From Macrostomum lignano (lineage: Eukaryota), in NCBI GenBank assembly GCA_002269645.1, contig NIVC01002962.1, forward strand, positions 1 through 64,000: a stretch of DNA of 64,000 nucleotides, written 5' to 3'. Positions 58,101-64,000 of this stretch are shown one piece after another (position 1 is the stretch's first letter; every line of letters starts with the position of its first letter). A program made the translations under genes and the position numbers. The notes below the pieces were generated by a model that was given only the letters and a program-made list of their open reading frames with translations, did no database searches and was not told where the DNA came from.

Positions 58101-61100
58101 GTGGCTTTTTTTCTAGGGATTTCCTGTAGGATTCTCCATAGGATTCCCCATCGGAATTATTCATAGGATTCCCATCGGGATTCCCCATAGGATTCCCCAT
58201 AGGATTACCAACGGAATTCCCCATAGGATTCCCCATCGAAATTACTCATAGTATTCCCCATAGGATTCCCAACGGGATTCCTCAAAGGATTGCTAACGGG
58301 ATTCCCCATAGGATTCCAATCTGGATTCCCCATAGGATTCCAATCTGGATTCCCCATAGGATTCCTAACGGGTTTCCTCATAGGATTCCCAACGGGGTTC
58401 CTCATAGGATTGTTTCCTCATAGGATTCAAAACAGGGTTCCTTATAGGATTTCCATCGGGATTCCCCATAGGATTCCCAACGGGTTTCCTCATAGGATTC
58501 CCAACGGGGTTCCTCATAGGATTTCCATCGGGATTCTCCATAGGATTCCCATCTGGATTCTCCGATTCTATGTAATCCCTTTAACTTTCTGTTTTGATTC
58601 CACCTCGCCGCTGGGCTGTATCAACTCTTCTAGCTGTCATACTACCCTCTTTGCCGCCCTATCAGATCCGGAATGGATGAGCACAAACCTAGGCGTGCTA
58701 ATCTGTCTGGAGTGCTGCGGCATACACAGAGACCTCGGCGTGCACATCAGCCGCACACAGTCGCTGGTGATGGACGATCTGACCACTGCCCAGCTGCTGG
58801 TCAGTCGGTTTGTCGGCAACAAAATGTTCAACGAAGTATTCGAAGCTGTTATGCCCGAGAACGTGAAACCGCGGGCAGCTCTCAATAATTCTGTGGATTT
58901 GTAAGTTTTCTTTACTTAATAATGCACCCTTGATTTCACCTCTGGCGCTAAATTGTCGCTAAAGTCTCATCTATGGCGCTAAATTAGCTCCAAATTCCCA
59001 CTTGTGGTGCTAATTTGGCGCTAAAGTCTCATCTGTGGCGCTAATTTGGCGCTAAAGTCTCATCTGTGGTGCTAAATTGGCGCTAAAGTATCATCTGAGC
59101 GCTTATTTGGCGCTAAAGTCTCATCTGTGACGCTAAACTCTTATCTTTGGCGCTAAAATATTACCGGGACTCAGCCCTTCCCCTCCTAGCCAGAAATAGT
59201 TCACTTCATAGCACTGCCTTCACCCCCACCCCCGCCTCGTATCCTCAGGCAACAGCTGATGGACACTCGCAAAATATTCATCCGCGTCAAGTACGTCGAC
59301 AGGTGCTACGTATTTCGCACCGTAGAGACCAGCTCAGACTCGCCCGACTCTGTTGAAGGCCTACAATCGTTGAAAAGCGACTTATTAAAAGCTGTCCGGC
59401 ATCAGAACATGCCGCTACTGTTACAGGCATTCGCAGAAGGCTGCGATCTGCTGGCTCAGTATAGTAACGGCGAAACGGCTGTGCACATCCTGCTCAGAGA
59501 AGGCGACGAGTCCATCTGCCTAGCTATTGTAGATTTCATATTGCAGAACTCCCCAGCTAGCGCTTTGAAACGGGCCACCGTGTCAACTGGGGAGACCCTG
59601 TTGCACTACTGTGTCAATTATAACCGGCCAGATTGTTTAAAACTGTGTTTGAGAACTTCTCTGTCGGCTAGCGCTGTTGCTAGGAACCATGCCGGCCTGA
59701 CTGCGGCAGATATCTGCAAGCAGCTCAGCTTCCCCATTTGCGCCGATCTGGTCAGTGTTTTGAGTCCTTTTGAGTAGCTTTTTGTGACGTCTAAATGTAG
59801 AAAGAAACTAGTGGAAGAGCTGTGAGAAGGTTAAGGCTTTTAGAGGGAGAGCTATGGGAATGTTAAGGCTTAGAGTGGGAGAACTAATAGAAGGCTAATG
59901 CTTACAGTGAGAGAACTAATAGAAGGCTAATGCTTACAGTGAGAGAACTAATAGAAGGCTAATGCTAACAGTGAGAGAACTAATGGAAGGCTAATGCTAA
60001 CAGTGAGAGAACTAATGGAAGGCTAATGCTTACAGTGAGAGAACTAATGGAAGGCTGATGCTTACAGTGAGAGAACTAATGAAAGGCTGATGCTTACAGT
60101 GAGAGAACTAATGGAAGGCTAATGCTTACAGTGGGAGAACTAATGGAAGGCTAATGCTTACAGTGAGAGAACTAATATAGAATACTAATGCTTACAGTGG
60201 GAGAACTAATGGAAGGCTAATGCTAACAGTGAGAGAACTAATGTAAGGCTAATGCTTACAGTGAGAGAACTAATAGAAGGCTAATGCTAACAGTGAGAGA
60301 ACTAATAGAAGGCTAATGCTTACAGTGAGAGAACTAATAGAAGGCTAATGCTTACAGTGAGAGAACTAATGGAAGGCTAATGCTTACAGTGAGAGAACTA
60401 ATGGAAGGCTAATGCTTACAGTGAGAGAACTAATGGAAGGCTAATGCTTACAGTGAGAGAACTAATATAGAATACTAATGCTTACAGTGAGAGAACTAAT
60501 GGAAGGCTAATGCTTACAGTGAGAGAACTAATATAGAATACTAATGCTTACAGTGAGAGAACTAATAGAAGGCTAATGCTTACAGTGAGAGAACTAATAG
60601 AAGGCTAATGCTAACAGTGAGAGAACTAATGGAAGGCTAATGCTAACAGTGAGAGAACTAATAGAAGGCTAATGCTAACAGTGAGAGAACTAATGGAAGG
60701 CTAATGCTTACAGTGAGAGAACTATTGGAAGACTAATGCTTACAGTGAGAGAACTAATGGAAGGCTAATGGTTACAGTGAGAGAACTAATGGAAGGCTAA
60801 TGCTTACATTAAGAGAACTAATGGACGGCTAATGCTTACAGTGAGAGAACTAATCGAAGGCTAATGCTTACAGTGAGAGAACTAATGGAATGTTAAGGCT
60901 TAGAGTGGGAGAACTAATAGAAGGCTAATGCTTACGGTGAGAGAACTAATGGAAGGCTGATGCTTACAGTGAGAGAACTATTGGAAGACTAATGCTTACA
61001 GTGAGAGAACTAATGGAAGGCTAATGGTTACAGTGAGAGAACTAATGGAAGGCTAATGCTTACAGTGAGAGAACTAATGGAAGGCTAATGCTTACAGTGA

Positions 61101-62803
61101 GAGAACTATTGGAAGACTAATGCTTACAGTGAGAGAACTAATGGAAGGCTAATGGTTACAGTGAGAGAACTAATGGAAGGCTAATGCTTACAGTGAGAGA
61201 ACTAATGGAAGGCTAATGCTTACAGTGAGAGAACTATTGGAAGACTAATGCTTACAGTGAGAGAACTAATGGAAGGCTAATGGTTACAGTGAGAGAACTA
61301 ATGGAAGGCTAATGCTTACAGTGAGAGAACTAATGGAAGGCTAATGCTTACAGTGAGAGAACTAATGGAGAGCTAATGCTTTCGAGCTCCTACAATGAGA
61401 AAGTAAGTTATAAAGTTAAGGCTAAGGACAGAGTAGTTTAGTTTAGGTTAGAAGCTGGTCTCTTGATGAGCAAAACCCGATACCCAGCATAACAAGAATT
61501 GCATTTCGCTATTTTATTTTCACAGCTTCGCTCGCTAGAGAACGGCAACACCGCCATATTCGAAAACGTGACCAATTTCGAATGGCGCCTATCCGGCGCC
61601 GGCGGAGTCAGCGGCGCCGACGATATGTACCCTTCGGCCGATTATTTCTCCGACGATGAGACCGCGTCCACCGGCGCTGGAGCCGCCGCCGCCGTAGTGC
61701 CTGACGACTTCCCCCAGCTACGCACGCTGACCTCGTCGTCGGGAGCATCTGGAGGCGGTGTCGGCGGCGGCGGCTCAGCCACTCTGGCAGGCGTAGGCGG
61801 TGGTGGCAGCGGTCGGCGGCGCGGCTGGTCCTACTACCCGTCGCCTAGTAAGTCGGTTACGTCGACACCGAAAGCGACGCCGACGATGTCGTCTGCCTCG
61901 CCCATGCAGCAGCAGTCATCCGCTGCCTCAACGGCGCCCGCTGGTAGCTACGGCAGCGGATTCGTCACTTTACCGCGTCGGCCAAGCAAAGTTAAAAAGG
62001 CGCCGCCTCCGCCGCAGCAGCCGCCACCACCTTCGACATCTTCGACGGCCGCCGCAGCCGCCGCCGCCGCTAATGCTTCGTCAATGTCGATGTCGCTGTA
62101 CGGATCCGAGTCGATTTTCAAGTCGCCTCTGCCGGCCAACCCCAGTCGATCGGCTACGGCATCAGCGTCTAACGGCGGCTCCGACGCGTCAACGCATCGG
62201 CAACTACGTCGGGCCGGCTCGTACGACAATATCGACGTTATCATCGACGCCCTGATGGAGGATCCAGCCGGGGAGAACGACAACGAGGACGATGTCGATA
62301 ATGGCGAAGGAGATCGACGGCGGAAGCGGCAGCCGCAGCCGCACCCGAGGCACACGCTGCACAAGGCTGTGCCGGACTCCGACAGGACGAGCGGCGGCGG
62401 CGTCGGCGGACACAGCGACGCCAATCGCAACTGGTCGAGTCCGAAGGTGGCCCCGGCGGCTGTGAAGTACAAGCCGGCTTTGTCGAGTGTGCAACCCCAG
62501 CAGCAGCAACAGCAGCAGCAAAAGCAACAACAACAACCTGCGCCTCCGAAACGAGCTCCGAAGCCAAAGATTGACAAGTCTTTATTACTGAATTCTTCCA
62601 GTTCTAGCAGACAGTCGCAGGCAAAGCCGCAACAACAACAGCCGACGCAGCAACAGAAAGCAACATCCGGAGGTGTTGGTCATTCGGCGCCCATTGCCTC
62701 TAGCGATTCTGACGCTGAATCTGCCCGGCAGAGCAGCCTGCCGTCGTCTCCGCAGCAGGCGCAACGCCCAGCTGCTGCTGCTGCTAAGTCGACCCCTGCC
62801 GAG
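44586..62803 (+). CDS. ASAP1: ASAP-family Arf GAP (BAR-PH-ArfGAP-ankyrin-Pro-rich); exons 44586-44720, 48520-48592, 48671-48816, 49207-49398, 49980-50033, 53946-54031, 55225-55381, 55866-55895, 57448-58096, 58666-58900, 59249-59750, 61526-62803; continues beyond window
   Basis: Phase-consistent GT-AG exons. ASAP-type N-terminus [14 protein letters not shown]; BAR ...[30 protein letters not shown]; [20 protein letters not shown]; ArfGAP CADC-x16-CLEC ([37 protein letters not shown]); ankyrin [21 protein letters not shown]. The SH3 exon is not in the window, and the paralogue number is not resolvable. Confidence 0.92.
45950..46760. repeat. tandem duplication of a unit of about 300 bp; first copy carries a MITE
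   Basis: caattctaattcaaattatatattctattctt...gtttgtggaact occurs at about 45950-46445 and again at about 46453-46750. Confidence 0.9.
46235..46427. mobile_element. 193-bp PIF/Harbinger-like MITE, TSD ATA
   Basis: TIR GGGCCGTATGCAGAAAGC and GCTTTCTGCATACGACCC; the empty site CATACAT-ATA-GTTTGTGG is present in the adjacent duplicate. Confidence 0.85.
48868..49137. repeat. (GATA)n microsatellite in ASAP intron 3
   Basis: Long run of gata/taga units. Confidence 0.98.
50881..53716 (-). CDS. nested antisense gene of about 875 aa, unknown function (exons 53399-53716 and 50881-53190), possible degenerate ankyrin-like N-terminal repeats
   Basis: ORF 53345..53716 has a phase-0 donor AGT|GTAAGT at 53398, and the acceptor CAG|GTC GAC GTG at 53190 is in frame with the 767-aa ORF. 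The gene lies wholly inside ASAP intron 50034-53945. [20 protein letters not shown] resembles an ankyrin motif. Confidence 0.8.
54195..55145. repeat. 22-23 bp minisatellite (TTCTATCCTTCAGGATCTACCA / TTCTATCCGTCTAATATCTACCA) in ASAP intron 6
   Basis: Tandem array whose unit changes from the left end to the right end. Confidence 0.93.
56430..57410. repeat. about 42-bp minisatellite (CCCAATGTACACACGCCTGAAGCCAACCCCCGAACTCCCGT) in ASAP intron 8
   Basis: More than 20 tandem copies; source of ORFs 56351..57405. Confidence 0.95.
58120..58560. repeat. 12-bp minisatellite (GGATTCCCCATA) in ASAP intron 9
   Basis: Tandem copies; GNPM repeat ORFs. Confidence 0.92.
58940..59155. repeat. about 31-bp minisatellite (GGCGCTAAAGTCTCATCTGTGGCGCTAATTT) in ASAP intron 10
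   Basis: About 6 copies; reverse complement of the 1231-1885 unit. Confidence 0.85.
59875..61375. repeat. 32-bp minisatellite (GAGAACTAATGGAAGGCTAATGCTTACAGTGA) in ASAP intron 11
   Basis: About 45 tandem copies. Confidence 0.97.
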
Positions 62804-62834
62804 GTAAAATTTAGGATTTTTCAAGCTAATTTTA

Positions 62835-64000
62835 GGATTAGCTACTGTGCCATCCCTATTAGCTACTGTGCCATCCCTATTAGCTACTGTGCCATCTCTA
62901 TTAGCTACTGTGCCATCCCTATTAGCTACTGTGCCATCCCTATTAGCTACTGTGCCATCTCTATTAGCTACTGTGCCATCTCTATTAGCTACTGTGCCAT
63001 CCCTATTAGCTACTGTGCCATCCCTATTAGCTACTGTGCCATCCCTATTAGCTACTGTGCCATCCCTATTAGCTACTGTGCCATCTCTATTAGCTACTGT
63101 CCCATCCCTATTAGCTACTGTGCCATCTCTATTAGCTACTGTGCCATCTCTATTAGCTACTGTGCCATCTCTATTAGCTGCTGTGCCATCTCTATTAGCT
63201 ACTGTGCCATCTCTATTAGCTACTGTGCCATCTCTATTAGCTACTGTCCCATCTCTATTAGTTACTGTGCTATCCCTATTAGCTACTGTGCCATCTCTAT
63301 TAGCTACTGTGCCATCCATATTAGCTACTGTCCCATCTCTATTAGCTGCTGTGCCATCTCTATTAGCTGCTGTCCCATCTCTATTAGCTACTGTCCCATC
63401 TCTATTAGCTGCTGTGCCATCTCTATTAGCTACTGTCCCATCTCTATTAGCTACTGTCCCATCTCTATTAGCTGCTGTGCCATCTCTATTAGCTACTGTG
63501 CCATCTCTATTAGCTGATGTGCCATCTCTATTAGCTACTGTCCCATCTCTATTAGCTACTGTCCCATCTCTATTAGCTACTGTCCCATCTCTATTAGCTA
63601 CTGTCCCATCTCTATTAGCTGCTGTGCCATCTCTATTAGCTACTGTCCCATCTCTATTAGCTGCTGTGCCATCTCTATTAGCTACTGTCCCATCTCTATT
63701 AGCTACTGTCCCATCTCTATTAGCTGCTGTGCCATCTCTATTAGCTACTGTGCCATCTCTATTAGCTACTGTCCCATCTCTATTAGCTGCTGTGCCATCT
63801 CTATTAGCTACTGTCCCATCTCTATTAGCTACTGTCCCATCTCTATTAGCTACTGTCCCATCTCTATTAGCTACTGTCCCATCTCTATTAGCTGCTGTGC
63901 CATCTCTATTAGCTACTGTGCCATCTCTATTAGCTACTGTCCCATCTCTATTAGCTGCTGTGCCATCTCTATTAGCTACTGTCCCATCTCTATTAGCTAC
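62835..64000. repeat. 21-bp minisatellite (CTATTAGCTACTGTGCCATCT) in ASAP intron 12
   Basis: More than 50 copies, running to the window end; begins about 30 nt after the donor at 62804. Confidence 0.98.

Noticed and set aside
59875-61375. Regular 32-bp repeats superficially like a CRISPR array
   Set aside because: Units are contiguous with no unique spacers, there are no cas genes, and the context is a eukaryotic intron.
62804-63517. ISYCAIP repeat tail of ORF 61499..63517 and the antisense NRDGTVA ORF
   Set aside because: Read-through into the 21-bp minisatellite past the donor GAG|GTAAAA at 62803.

Overview
AT-rich animal genomic DNA with spliceosomal introns; the minisatellite-filled introns and GC-rich exons suggest a Macrostomum-like flatworm (inference only). 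From left to right: (1) the 5' part of an HRI-like eIF2-alpha kinase on the - strand (ATG 2805, running off the left end); (2) about 9 kb of decayed, CpG-poor transposon debris containing several MITEs with intact TSDs; (3) a five-exon selenophosphate synthetase (11981-20404) with an in-frame TGA at the catalytic KG-U-GCK position, a GGGTGT hexamer after the TGA and a candidate type II SECIS at 21335-21390; (4) a tandem array of six apparently intronless paralogues (22.2-41.9 kb) encoding a C-x4-C-x15-C-x2-H finger, a coiled coil and an NHL-like beta-propeller (RING-less TRIM-NHL-like). Copies 4-6 share a GC-rich tract of about 630 bp that is near-identical, while their propellers are highly divergent, and copy 4 is frameshifted; (5) an ASAP-family BAR-PH-ArfGAP-ankyrin gene (ATG 44586, running off the right end) whose intron 5 holds an antisense two-exon gene of about 875 aa and most of whose other introns carry tandem repeats. 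The best leads are the partly homogenised NHL-like array and the possible dual-mode (Sec versus non-Sec readthrough) SPS gene. Everything was read by eye; no alignment or database search was run.
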